From Hyphochytrium catenoides (lineage: Eukaryota > Protista > Hyphochytriomycota): DNA of 64,000 bases. The notes below the pieces were generated by a model that searched no databases, was not told where the DNA came from, and saw only the letters and a list, made by a program, of their open reading frames with translations. The DNA is taken from the NCBI GenBank assembly GCA_900088475.1, contig FLMG01001021.1, forward strand, positions 37,317 through 101,316, written 5' to 3'. Position numbers and translations under genes: made by a program. Of the stretch, positions 1-12,101 are shown piece after piece; the first letter of the stretch is position 1; each line of letters opens with the position of its first letter.

Positions 1-207
1 TAGACCTTATTTTTGATTGTCACGTTAGGTGGTGCTTATTCATGTCAATCATCCCTCTTTGGTACTTTCTCTCCTTGTCTCCTGCGCGCCGCACAGTTTG
101 CTCATCATCCCCATATTTCGCGCTTATCGCATCACAAGCCGTCCATCTCTCTCGCTTGATCCTCTTCAAAAGAGCAAGATCAACGACTAATTGGGAAACG
201 TAACAGA

Positions 208-774
208 ATGTCGAACTTGAGTGACCACGGTCCGACTGCGGCGGGGTCCCACCTTCATCCTACCTCATCGGCTTGCAGCCCTGGACTACTGCCGCCGGCT
301 AATCACGCTACTCTGCACTGTCAACAGGCCGGGGTTCCAACTCTTACCTCATCCGGGATCACAACCCATCCAAGCCTAGCTACTACGGCGGAGCCGCTAC
401 CCGTGCCTTCTGGTGGCCCCATTGTTGGCTTCAACAGTGAGGCTATGTCATCGAGCACTGTGGGCGCTTTACTGGCCGTCATGATCGTGCTTGTTTGCTT
501 CGTTGCTATTGGCTTGACCTTTGTGCTGTTTCCTAAGCAAGCGGCTCGCTGCTGTGGAGAAATGGGCCATCGGGCGGGCAAGGGAGCACAAAGCTGGCGT
601 ATTTCTCGACTTTGTATATGCCAAAAGAGTCAGAAAGAAAGACAACAAAGGGAGGACGAGGAGCGCTGCGTTGTGCCGATAGCCGTTGCAGTCAATGACT
701 CGGAGGCATTGCCCCAGATAGACGTGGTCGCGGTGGTGCCTTACATTGAGGAAACTAGTGAGTATGAAATCTAG
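208..774 (+). CDS. Hypothetical single-pass membrane protein (188 aa, intronless)
   Basis: ATG-TAG ORF with a S/T/P-rich N-terminus, one strong hydrophobic helix (VGALLAVMIVLVCFVAIGLTFVLF) and a basic, Cys-rich juxtamembrane tail. Confidence 0.6.
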   Translation: MSNLSDHGPTAAGSHLHPTSSACSPGLLPPANHATLHCQQAGVPTLTSSGITTHPSLATTAEPLPVPSGGPIVGFNSEAMSSSTVGALLAVMIVLVCFVAIGLTFVLFPKQAARCCGEMGHRAGKGAQSWRISRLCICQKSQKERQQREDEERCVVPIAVAVNDSEALPQIDVVAVVPYIEETSEYEI

Positions 775-1020
775 AAGCAACGGGAATGAACCAGAGTGCC
801 GGAATGAAGAGCAGTGAGGCAGACTTAGAGAAACCGAAGAAGCCGAGATACGGCATGATACGGACTAGACGAGGCGGAGAGCATCAAGCGGACACAGTTG
901 CTTCATAGTAGTGGGTTCAGGCGAGACGGCGCCTACAGTCTCACTAGCCAGTCCACTTCGCACGGTCTAAGGATTCGCACATTTCTACCGCTGGAGTAGA
1001 AAGTCACGTTCACTGATGTT

Positions 1021-1076
1021 GAGAGCAACGGACCCGCGAATAGGGCAATATAGAGAGAGCAACGGACCCGCGAATA
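1021..1076. repeat. 22-bp perfect direct repeat (GAGAGCAACGGACCCGCGAATA) x2 with a 12-bp spacer
   Basis: Copies at 1021-1042 and 1055-1076, between two convergent gene ends. Confidence 0.9.
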
Positions 1077-1322
1077 AGGAGAAAAATTTGGCAATCATGA
1101 TAGAAGAGAAGGAAGGTCAACATCTATCGATGCCTCAAGGCAACGGCGGGAGCGCTCTTATTATCATGGCGTTCGAAATCCAGCTACGAATCCTAGGATA
1201 GGAGAGCCCTACCTTGCAAACGAAAGGGAGTGAACAACAGCAACCGCGAGGGGTAGCCTTCGTGGCCATTTCGCCCCAAGACTGCTCTTCAATGTTATCA
1301 CAGCTAACCCGTCTGGTCTTGC

Positions 1323-3119
1323 CTAGTCTTCATCGCTGTCATCGTAGTCACGGAACCTATTCACTGTATCTTTCCCAGATCTATGCCGTTTTGACCGTGG
1401 ATCTTCCTCCAGGTCTGACTCTACCACTCTTTTCTTTGCCAAAAACCATTCAAGATCTGAGAGAGAGCGAGAAGGCAGTAATAAGAAGGTGAGCTCGATA
1501 CGAGGGGTCCACAGCACTGGGGAGACCTCGCGGGTAGGCAAAGTAGGCATGCTCCAGGCAGAAGTCCCGCCAAAAGCAGTACATAGGAAGTCAGACAGTC
1601 AAACCAGAGCAGTGATAGAGATGGTTAAAGAGTGAGAAGTGATGAAGGAAGTTGAGGGCACCAACATAGGCAAAAATATTCGCGAGAGCCGACAGGCATC
1701 AATTAATATGCAGAAACTTATCAGTTGCAGAAATTTAACAGTTGTACTTCACCTTCCGGTCCCATGCTCCTTCCTCCAACCTCTTTCAATCCCAGCAACT
1801 GTGTCTTCAAATCTCCTTCATGATAGATGAAAAGGGTAGGGAGATTTCTGTCTGGCCAGTTTTCTATAGCGCTCGTGGAGACGATCTTCACTATTTTCAG
1901 GTCTCTGAACTTCTTAGCCACAGATCTGAGAGCCTCCTCTAGGATGTCACATTCCTGAATACCGGGTTTAAAGAGAAAGGCGACAACCCAGCTCTGATGA
2001 CTTGCTTCGGTAACCTCTTTCACCCATTCGTCCTTTGTTATAGGATATACATCCCCAAATCTGCTACGCAGTGCCTTCTCTCTCATCTCAGCCAGTCTCT
2101 TCTCCCTATGGAAGACAAAGGACAAGGTGAGACCAGGCACACTGTTCAATCTCTCGCCCAGGGATGATTATGAGAACACCTTATCCATATTAGGCTAAGA
2201 TTGGGGCATAGGCATTTCCCAGAAGCATCGAAAGGGTTGCAGGAGGAAGCAAGCGGAAGGCTCGTCAAGAACTGGCGACTGAGAAGCTGTTCACGATCCC
2301 GTCACAGACCAGGACGGGTGCGATGGTCGAACATGATGATTCTAGAAAGAAGGAAGAAGGGCTGCAACTTCCAAACTACGTCATGCCAGGGACGCTACGA
2401 GAAAAAGCTAACGAAGTGAGTCCTTAGCAAGCTCCTACCGGTACATTTGCAAGAGTTTGTCATCATCTAACCCTTCGTCATCCTGCAGGAACAAAAGGAC
2501 TTCATTAAATCTATCACAAGGGAAGAGTAAAAGACCTTAGAATACCTCCAGGGCAAGAGCCTTCTATGAGAAAAAAAAGAGTACAGGTGCGGCTGGAGAA
2601 AAGCAAGATAAAATGCGGTCTTCAAAATAGCAGAAAAAAGAGAAGGCAGGGAGAGATTACCGCCCCGAGAGGAGACCAAACAGCCAGAATGAGCTGATGA
2701 GCGGGACGATAGCAATAGATAATGACGAAAGGATGTTGTGCTATACCTCAAGCTCGTCCAACTCCTCCAGTGAAGCTTGAGCAAGTTTCTCTTCTACCGT
2801 GGGGGGCTCGGGATACTCCTCTTCTTCGACTTGGGCAGGCTGCGGGAGGGGTCACCATGCAGATTGCCGATACAAAGGCGATTAGCAGGCGTTCCAAGCC
2901 CAGTAAATAGTAAAAATCGGGAAACAGAGGGTAAAAAGGAGAAAGGATAAACGCGAAAGGTAAGCCAGGGCGATGAAGAGCTACAGTCCACATCGGAATA
3001 GCCGTCATCCGTGCGCTTACCTTCGGTCTGGGCGCTATAATCCCCTTCTTGACTAGAATGTCCTCCCATTCAGTTGTCTCTCCCGTGGGCGCATAGTACC
3101 TCTGTCCCCTGTCTCCCAT
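1323..3119 (-). CDS. PDCL3: Phosducin-like protein 3 (PhLP2/Plp2 family, CCT co-chaperone), 5 exons
   Basis: Exons ~3119-3021, 2839-2747, 2482-2439, 2106-1755 and 1456-1323 join by GT-AG splicing. Motifs ETTEWEDILVKKGI, FGDVYPITKDEWVKEVTEAS, NWPDRNLPTLFIY and an acidic tail DDSDED. Confidence 0.93.
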
Positions 3120-3849
3120 CACTCCACAGTGCCACACTTTTGGCTTGCCTATCTAGTCAACTTTAGCTACCTAGCCCCAGTTCTTTTAAAGGTACCCTGC
3201 GTTTAGCCCTGCTCAACCACTGCTTCCTAAGCTTTCTTACTCCAACAACTGCGTGGCTCAAAATCGACTCTTGCTTCTAGCTTCTCTATCTGTTGGAAAC
3301 GCACTCTGCTCGTCTTCTCGACTCCAAAAGCTAACAGCCAATCTATCGGCCTCCATAAGTATCAATCTTCGCCTCTATCCCCTGCAAGTGGTAGTAGCAG
3401 GCAGCTCTGCTGCTCACATCATCAGAATCTATCCTCTAATCGGCACTGACAGCATAGACAGAGCAATGGGTAATATGGGTAACAACCAGCGAGTACTCCA
3501 GATGTATGGCGCAGAGTATGGTCAGACATCGACCCATAATCCATTAGTTCACAATGACCCGACCGTACGGGCGCCACAATCGATGAATTGAGCTCTTCTT
3601 GAGTAAACCCAGATAACCTGGTGGACTTTTCCCGCCAAACCAACGACCACGAAGTTTCTGCACTACGAAATAATAGGAGAAGTGAAGATCTTTCGCCGCG
3701 TCTCATTGCTGTCTGCTGGAAGAAGCATTTCTGAAGCTTTCTGTTCCGGAGCTGAAGCTGTGCTGAGGGTTCTCAGGGTCGATGGCCAGAGACAGCCCTC
3801 TTCGAACTGCTTACTTTTCTCTTGGAAGAGGCACTGGGAAGACAACAGC

Positions 3850-5349
3850 ATGATGATGAGTGTGGGATGGAAGGATTGGTGCGATGGCCGTGTCAAGGGC
3901 TTTTTTAATGTTCACCCGCATGAAATATCGGCAGAAACGACAATAGAGAGTCTCGAGCTTCTACTATTGGAGAAAGCTAAGATCAGTCTTGACAGGGGTG
4001 TCTTTCTTCAAAAAGGCCACTTAAAGCTTAATGGCTCAGCCTTGGACCGCGATGCCAAGGTGCAGTCTTTTCTCCCGTTCTTTACGGCACCATACCCAAG
4101 ATTCAGCATCACTCTAAGAAAGGAGCCGAATGGAGGCATAGTTAAGGTCAGAGTGCCCGACGGTCAAGTGCTTACTCTTGTTCTCTCATCTCTGGAGGTG
4201 TCATACATAAAGCAAGAGCTCCGCTCTCGTGGACAGGTTCCCAAGTCGCACCAACGGCTCACCCATGATGGGCGGGAACTTGATAAGGGCAGTTTGCACG
4301 ACTATGGGTTAGCAGGTGACACTGTGACTCTGGTTTTGGAAGTCAAGGAGCCTACCAACCGGCAAGACAAGGAGATTCAGATCCAGGTCAAGACGCTGAT
4401 AGGAAAGACCTTAACCCTACCTCGAATCCATTCTATGGACTCTGTTTCGAGGATCAAGGACTTTATCGCGTCTCAAGAGGGTATTCCTGCGGACCAGCAG
4501 CGTTTAATATATGAGGGCCGGCATCTTGAAGATTGGAAGCTGTTGAAGGACTATCAGATTAGGGAAGGGTCGATCGTGATGATGGTCTTGCGGTTACGGG
4601 GAGGAGGGGGTGGTTTTCCCTTCGCTGATGTCACAAGCTCCTCGCACATTACCATCAACTGGTTTTCAGGCTCTGCGCCAGAGTGGAGACGTTGTGACCG
4701 GGGACTGAACCTTGAAGGGCTCTGTCGGCGCAAGGGCTGCAAAGCGTTTGGGAGTATGGTGATCTCTCCACAGGGCTACACAGCCTTTAACGTTGTAAAG
4801 CAGGAAGTAACCTGTCCAATCTGCAAAGATCCCATTCAACCTGTGACGTGCGGCTTCTACGACTGTCTATGGCGCTTTGAGGGGATAAAGACAGGCACCA
4901 CCTATCACCTCAGTGGCACTCTTACCGAGGCTCTGGGAGAGAGATACCATCGTGTATCCTCCGATCTAGACAATATGGTGGGTTGGGATGACCTGGTAAT
5001 TAGTGCTCAGCAATCTGCAAAGGAAGGATTCTGTGTCATCTGTCAAAACAGCTTTTATGGGAGGGATGAGACGATGTTGACGGAGTGCGGTCATCCTTTC
5101 CATTGCGTCTGCTTTGAAGCCTGGAGAGATATTCGACAGAAGCAGCAGACAACGGTATGCTGCCCCCAGTGTAGAGGCACCGTAAGTTCTACCTCGCCTT
5201 CTAAGTGCGCCCAGAAGGTATGCCCGACCGAAAAACAGCTTCCTTTCCAGCCTCAAGAAGAGCCTGCAAAGGGAGATCTGAAGCGGAGCACTCCGTTGCC
5301 GGAGGTACCCCAAAAAAACAAGAAAACCCGACTTACTACCAAAGCATGA
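3850..5349 (+). CDS. Intronless fusion: three ubiquitin-like domains (last ends LRLRGG) + Cys-rich domain + RING-H2
   Basis: Uninterrupted ORF with first ATG at 3850. Ubl3 runs IQVKTLIGKTLTL...EGIPADQQRLIYEGRHLED...LRLRGG (GG ends at 4605). A CxxxxC...CPIC...TCGFYDC domain follows, then RING-H2 CVIC...CGHPFHCVC...CPQC (5032-5172). Confidence 0.9.
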   Translation: MMMSVGWKDWCDGRVKGFFNVHPHEISAETTIESLELLLLEKAKISLDRGVFLQKGHLKLNGSALDRDAKVQSFLPFFTAPYPRFSITLRKEPNGGIVKVRVPDGQVLTLVLSSLEVSYIKQELRSRGQVPKSHQRLTHDGRELDKGSLHDYGLAGDTVTLVLEVKEPTNRQDKEIQIQVKTLIGKTLTLPRIHSMDSVSRIKDFIASQEGIPADQQRLIYEGRHLEDWKLLKDYQIREGSIVMMVLRLRGGGGGFPFADVTSSSHITINWFSGSAPEWRRCDRGLNLEGLCRRKGCKAFGSMVISPQGYTAFNVVKQEVTCPICKDPIQPVTCGFYDCLWRFEGIKTGTTYHLSGTLTEALGERYHRVSSDLDNMVGWDDLVISAQQSAKEGFCVICQNSFYGRDETMLTECGHPFHCVCFEAWRDIRQKQQTTVCCPQCRGTVSSTSPSKCAQKVCPTEKQLPFQPQEEPAKGDLKRSTPLPEVPQKNKKTRLTTKA

Positions 5350-5746
5350 TTGGGTCATGGCAATCCTTAACTTCTTCCATAAACGATATGAGTCTTCAAG
5401 GGCTCTACCTCTAATAATGAGAGATCACTGTCAGGGAGTATTACGATCAGCTTTGCTTCCACTCAGACTGCCGCAAGGATTTCGGCTGCCTTAAACTACG
5501 TTCGCCGTTCGCTAAAATGTAAATTTAGCTAACAAAGTCTATCCGTCCAACATTGGCTTGAGAAGGAGGGATAAGGGATACAGCAAATGATCGATGTCTC
5601 TTAATAAGGGTTTATGGCAGATGGGTTATTGGGCTCAAAGGAGGTCTCTATGGGCGAGAGTATAGGCGAATGCGTGGCAAAGGGCTAAGCAGAGAGAAAT
5701 GGGACTTTGAGCTATGTCTAATGAAACGTATTGTAGCGGAATCCTT

Positions 5747-8700
5747 CTAGTCTTGCCCTTCAACCATTGTTCCATGGACTCTGAAGCGGTATAGACACGT
5801 GAAGTCCGGATGGCCATGATTGCTATGGACCTGCAGCATGACGTGGCGGAAGGTTTGCTCCGTCTTGAAGAGACCATAAGGAAAGAAGAAAATGTCTTCG
5901 TCAGATTGGTGTGAGAAGCCCTACATTTAAACGGGTACCTTAGGTAGCGAAAAGGTCTGTATGGATGGTCCGTCCGCAGAGAAGGTAAAGTTTCCAAAGT
6001 GAACTCTCTCTATAGCTGGGCTTACTGTGGGATCGACGGCAATACCCTGTGAGAGTTATCCAAGTTAATAGCTGGAGGCTGTTTGTCAACGACGAGAACG
6101 GAGAGGAAAGGTGGACCACATCAACCAAACACATGCGTAGGGCCACAAGTAGCGCAGAGCAATCCCAGTCAGGCTGAAAATAAGGAATACCATATAGAGC
6201 GCGGGCGAATACTCTTCTACGTAAGAGTTGAACTCACGTACGGGCAGCTGAGAACAGAATTTTTAAATAGGCAAAAGAGGAAATTCAAAAATGCAATAGT
6301 GCCAAGAGGGAGAACAGATGAGACATATTAAGTTGCACGGAAGAAGTCCGGTGCAATTTGCGCACGCGCGGTGGGCCCAGCACTTACATAGACGCTGAAG
6401 TCCTTCGGTGCAGAATTGACGTTGACAGCCACCGCACTCGACACGTGGTCAATTGTTACAGAGTCAGGCACAATGCGCCGTGAAAGCCGGACAGTCAGTT
6501 GGCCCTGCCCACCGGTGAACGCCCAGCAGCTGCCCATAGCCGTTCCGGGCTGAATATGTGGAAAATTAAGGCACGTGTCGAATAAGAAAGAAGGCCAGCA
6601 AAGCGAGAGGAAAATTGTCAGTTATAGATAAACGTAGATAATGGCGCGGAAACGTTCGAAATCTCACGCCCCGGAAGCGGCAAAGTGCAGATTGTGGCTG
6701 GATATTGTTCTATGCTTCCTTTACCGTTAGTGCTATCTCGGGTCCATAGCCAGGCCTTGTAACTCCAACTTTGTTCATTAATCGGCACCACAAATTCACA
6801 CTCTTTGGCGTCATCGTGGAGCTCGTCAGCTTGCTACCACCGGAGAGAGGCACGAGAAAGAGTGGCGATAGCCACGAAGAGGATGTACTCTTTGGCAGAA
6901 GCTCCCTGGACGGATGGTACATAATAGGGGGCGACAGGGACTTTAGGAGGCGGCAACCCAGAAAATGGACTCCTTATCTAGAAGGTTGTCCTCCGCATCC
7001 TCATCTTCAGACACAGTTGGATGAAATGCCAGCTCCTCAGGTACTATCAAGGCACTCACCTTTCTTCATGAACAACTTGCGCACCGCCTGGAATGGTAGC
7101 AAAGTCTACCCGTGCAAGATCGTCTGCGGAATACCTACAGAATTTTATTAGGCGACCATGGCACACATAAGGTATCAGACAACACCTCTAAAATGAGAGA
7201 TGAAAGGACAGTAACGTCAGGGTTCGAGGAAGGCGATCCCAGCATCAATTCCACGAGGCATGATGACGAACAAATGTCACTTGGTCAGAACTCAAAATGG
7301 TTGGCGAGCATCTTCTTACTTTTCCAGCGCTTCGTTAACAATCTGCCGCACCTCCTTCTGCGTGACACCCATAGGAACTCCCTCAACATCCAGAGCGTTC
7401 GAATATTTCTGGATGGCATCCGACACCGCTTGCTGCAGCTTTTCATCTGTCGACCCGTCAACGACAAGGACGAATCATGAAAATGGATTTAGACAGGAGA
7501 TACTAAAAGAGAGCGACATAACAGAAAAGGAGACTACCATCAAGCGCCAAGGCCGATGCAGACTGCCACTGCTCTTTGATCTTCTCCAGATTGTTCTTGA
7601 GCTCTTCCACATTGGAGCTTGTGAGCCTCAGCTCCTGAAAAAGGGGTAAGAGAAGTACAGCATCAGCGACACAGAACGAACCAAAATCCTGGTAGTCGTA
7701 GTTGCGAATATTGAGGCGAATGAACAGACATTTAAGGATTGCTCTTGGCGTTGAAGGGCTTCTTGAACTGCCACTAGCTTCTCGTTGAACTTTTGTCCAT
7801 CACCAGTCTCTCCTGCTGCTTGGTTGGCAAGACTGTCTAACCTCTCTTCGAGAGCTTCCTGCAGGACAACGCGGTAGCACGTTACTGAACAATGGTAGAA
7901 CCCAATACAGAACAAGGAAGACAGCGGGCGGCTCCCCAATGCCTCCGGGAGTAAAGTCAAGTGGTACCGTTAAGTGAACCTCGAAGAGCAGAGGTTAACA
8001 AGCCCTCAGTAGAAGCTAACATACGGCAGGAACGGCAATCTCTCTGTAAAGAAGACGAACCTGCAGAGAGTGGATGGTCTCTTGCTGAGCTCGAAGTAGC
8101 CGCCGTGCTTCTTCATCAACCACACTAGCAATGGGAGAGCTCCCGCTGGAAGAATCTCCCTGCACTTCAACTTCCTTTTTGAATTCGACCACCATTTGAT
8201 CAAGTTCGTCCCTGAGGGAGTGGAGCTGCTCCATTTGCTTACTGCTTGACAAAGACAAGGACTCAAACCTAGGTGGGTGGGTTTTGTTACCAGTGGTGTC
8301 GTTACGTGCACTTCAATTTTCTAGGTGAGTCCAATTCCAGGCATGAATGGCTAGTGCATATAGAAGGCATGGGGACTAGGGAATACGACAGAGGTCGCTG
8401 ACCAGCAAGTACGGTGAAGCCAGAGCAACAGCGCGCTAGAAGGAACCCTAGTCGGGTACCAACATAATGCTCACAAAGACCAAGAGAAAACTAGGTTAGA
8501 CCTGTCTGAAAGCTTGCGATAGTAGTGCTCCAACGTCTCAGATGTCTCTTCCTGCTTGGAGGTGATCTGCCTGATATCCTCGACCTTTTCTTCTATCACT
8601 TTCTCAGCCTTCAGCCACTGTTCGTTGGTAGCCTCTTTCAGCTCTTGCACTCGTTCTTCTAGCACCGCCTCTACCTCTCTGAGGAGAGGAGACGCACGGT

Positions 8701-10600
8701 CCTGGATTTTTCCTTCCAGTCTCTCCTCAACCTTCTCCATCCTTTCCTCTAGCTTTTCCTCTATCTTCCCCTCTATCCTCTCATCAATTTTCTCTTCGAC
8801 AGTGTGGATCTTGCCAACTACAATGTGTTCTACTTCTCTTAGCAAAATTGAACCGTCCATAGGTGGCATGGAAGGCCTGCGTGGGGACTCAGGACTCTGA
8901 CGAAGGAGGCGGGAGAGATATTAGAGTCCATGTTATGTCCAGTGATATACAAGTCACGCCACTCTGGTGAGTTGCGGCCAAGAACTTATGTAGCCCGTAA
9001 AGTACGTAGCCAAGGTCAGATAGCAAAGACGACCGTAAATGAAAGGTTGAGATGTTGAGGATCCTCAAAAAAATCGTAGCAAACTCTCCTCATCGAGTCA
9101 GAGAGCAAGGGAGATGACAAATTAGAGGGGATCAGGTAAAGCGCCGTTACATCTATACTCTGCTGAATGACCTAGTACTCAAAGATTGCCTCACCTTGTA
9201 GATATGGTCCACCAGCTCACTGGTGACGTGATACATAAGGGCGAGGAGCGGCACAGCCACAAGCACAACCTGCAGAAACCGATACTTTTCCAATATGGAC
9301 TGGATTCCGGTTTGCCGTTATGTAGGTAAGGAGGGTGGAGGGATGTGAATCAGTAGATGACAAAGTCGGTCATAGGAAAGAAGCTTCGCCCTACATAGGA
9401 ACGCGCTATATACGGATCTCGGAGAAAAGCTACTCATCGCAACAATTCTGCCCTGTAAACCGCAGACCCTGCGCGATCTCTACTAGATAGCAAATAGAGT
9501 GCAGATGGGGGAAGTGCCGCGAAGTACCCACTCAATCCTTACCATAGGCGATCTTCGTCTCCTCCGTACAACTAATAATTGGAATGGGTAGATAGATAGC
9601 AGTACATAATAGGAAGGTAAGGAAAAAATAGAAAGTGAGTCCGCAACCTTAACATATTGGGATCTCTCCCTTCGAGTTACTTCCGTCTCATTCTTCTTTA
9701 TCCCCGATTTCTGGCGTCACCTTTACATTTGAACTTTCTTCTTACTCTAGAGTCCTTACCTCGAGGCTTTGTCTCAGAAGGAGGCGTTAGCTTTAGCTCC
9801 TCCCCTGTTAACCTGCCGAAGAAACCTCGATACTCTTTAAAGCCAGAGCTGGATGAAGAATACGCTGGAGAAGGGGCCGTAGTTCGAGGTCCAGTTACAC
9901 TGTGTCTTGAAGAGGAGGCCTGAACTTCTTCTCTACCCTGCGCCTTTCGTGTCTCATCCTCTGAGGTTTCCGCTGTATACTCAGGCTCACGGCGGGAAGT
10001 AGAGGTGCTGGTTTGGGCTTTTCTTAGCTTCGGAGTTATTATGCGAGAGGAATCCTGTAAAACGATCGTCAGGCCCCTGCTTGACTCTAGTGTCATAGTG
10101 ATGACATCAAAAGAGAGAAAGGAGAAAGAAATCGAGAAGGATGGAAGGAGAGATGGCCAGCCGTCCCAGGGTGACATTTCATCGATCCCCAAGATTTGTC
10201 ATTCTTCCCCATTGCGTCACTTCTTTACTTCTCCCTTTCCAGCTATAGCCGCATCTGTCAACTCTATCTCACTCTCTCTCTCTCTCTCTCTCTTCAATGT
10301 AGTTTCTGTCTCACAACCCCCTTGTCTCCTTCTCTCTGTCAAATATTATACCTGATCTTCTTGATCTTCTTGCTCTTCGGGTTGCTCATCATCAGTGTAA
10401 AGAGTGGAAACAGCGGTAGACGCTGCTCTGCCTGTGCCTCCCCTCACCGTCCGCCGCCTTACCTCCGAAGTGCTTTCATTTCCTTCTTCAGGAGCGGGAG
10501 TCGTTTTCGCGACCCTTCTTCGCCGAGGAAGCGAGAGAGACGCAGAGTCTGATTCCGGAGGAAGGTTGGACTTTCTTCGGCTTGTACGGCGTGTCGACAT
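5747..10600 (-). CDS. SUN-domain (Sad1/UNC-84) inner nuclear envelope protein, multi-exon
   Basis: Basic disordered N-terminus, a hydrophobic segment (VVLVAVPLLAPYV) and coiled-coil exons (7100-8900). C-terminal SUN motifs GSCWAFTGGQGQLTVRL, VTIDHV, SAPKDFSVY, SNHGHPDFTCLYRFRVHG; stop TAG at 5747-5749. Confidence 0.92.
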
Positions 10601-11765
10601 TATCACGCCTTTAAGGAAAATTTCTTGTCTAGAGGAACCGCCACTCTAGCTTCTCGTTTCCTTCTGCTCAAGCCTCTCACAAGTACTCCCGCGTCAGGAC
10701 AGACCCCAATGTCTCTCATAGGCGGCAGGCCATGCCAAGAGCTGGCAAATCAGTTGTAGCCGCTGTCCGCCGCTGGTACTCCCAGGTTTGTCTAGTCAGA
10801 CGTTTGCAAGAGCTCTCTTTGACCTTCCTTGCCTCCAGCGGTGGGATAATAATAAGGGGCGACGGACCTCCCTGGCAGCAGCCTCTGTTCTGAGGAATCA
10901 GGGAATCAGTTATGTTTGACATCCTTCTCCTACCCTGTGCTTACACTTCCCTATCTTTTTGTCATTCATGTTCACTCTTTCTCTCTTTTAGTTAAGCGTT
11001 ACCCTACTACAATTCATATCTCTTGACCTATCTTTCTCGCGCAAGGTCCTCGCAATAAGGGCGGGTGCCAAAGGCAGAGCAAAACCTTTTTGAAATCTCA
11101 ACCGATATCGACGTTAACGGCCTTCCACGTATCCCCTGGCTAGCTGATAACTCAAGTCAGATCTAGCACACTGATTTTTCTGGTGGAGGTTGCAGTACCG
11201 TTTTGCTGTACAACCACACCACAGAGAAGCATCATCAGTCATCATCAGCTAGGAAAGGATCTTGCGGCTTCAGAATGGAGCATCTGGCATCTCTCTGTCT
11301 GTCTCCCGTCATCACACTCTCTCCCGCCCTGCGCTCCTCCATCCCACTTCCGATTGACGCGTTTAAAGGCTAGAGGTAGCTGGTCTTTCCATGCGCAAGT
11401 CATTGTTGGTGCCATGGGTCATCATCCTTCAATTGCTAGCGCGGCTCCAGAGGTCTGCGCTGTGTTTCCTCAGCTCGACAGAAGCTCTCATAGTCACCCT
11501 TAGGAATACTGCTGACCAGTCTCCCTGACAGGGTGGTAATGATCCTACGCTTAGAGCGTTGGTACGCTACTGCCCTCCACCGAGAGACATCCATCTGAGG
11601 ACTCGTCTATAAACCCTAAATCAGTAACGTAATCCGTGTGTTCGGGCTCTCTTCCTAACTAATGCTAACATCCGAGAGGTGACTCATGCTAGACCTCTTG
11701 GCAAGTGTCTGCTGGCAGACAGAATTCTCTTACAGAGGGCCTGGCGGTTGGAATATCAAACCTTA

Positions 11766-12101
11766 CACATCTTTGCTGCTGGTAATTCGTACCAGTAATC
11801 ACAATCTCAGCGTGAGGGACTGAGAGAAAAAGAGAGAGAGTAACAAAGCAACCCCACTTGAACTGGGGACAAACAGGAGTGCGCAAAGTCGCTGGGAGTT
11901 CTGGAAGACAATATAGCCTTGTAAGCGCTCGAATCGCTCTCCACCTTGATGACTATCAACACTCCCGATCACGCAAGACGCGGATATGGCTGACCAACCC
12001 ACTCGGTACGATACCCGCCATCCGCCTCCTCAGAACTAACCATCGGCCCTGGCATCCCTCAGGGTTATGCGCTCCGCTTCGCTCTTCATACACTTGGCCA
12101 T
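11766..12101 (-). other. Possible small spliced ORF or remnant resembling a degenerate CRESS-DNA-virus Rep endonuclease domain
   Basis: Manual splice gives MAKCMKSEAERITLRDARAD-AISASCVIGSVDSHQGGERFERLQGYIVFQNSQRL...IPHAEIVITGTNYQQQRC. It needs two very short introns (51 and ~38 nt); the 3' end is undefined. Confidence 0.3.

Noticed and set aside
1021-1076. CRISPR-like repeat-spacer-repeat
   Set aside because: Only two copies, a 12-bp spacer, eukaryotic context and no cas genes.
3682-3849. N-terminal extension of the Ubl-RING ORF from a GTG start
   Set aside because: Eukaryotic gene; the first ATG is at 3850, where the first Ubl-like unit begins.
8556-8900. Ser-rich plus-strand ORF (similarly 52643-53053 and 23925-24308)
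   Set aside because: Antisense shadows of Glu/Lys-rich exons on the minus strand.
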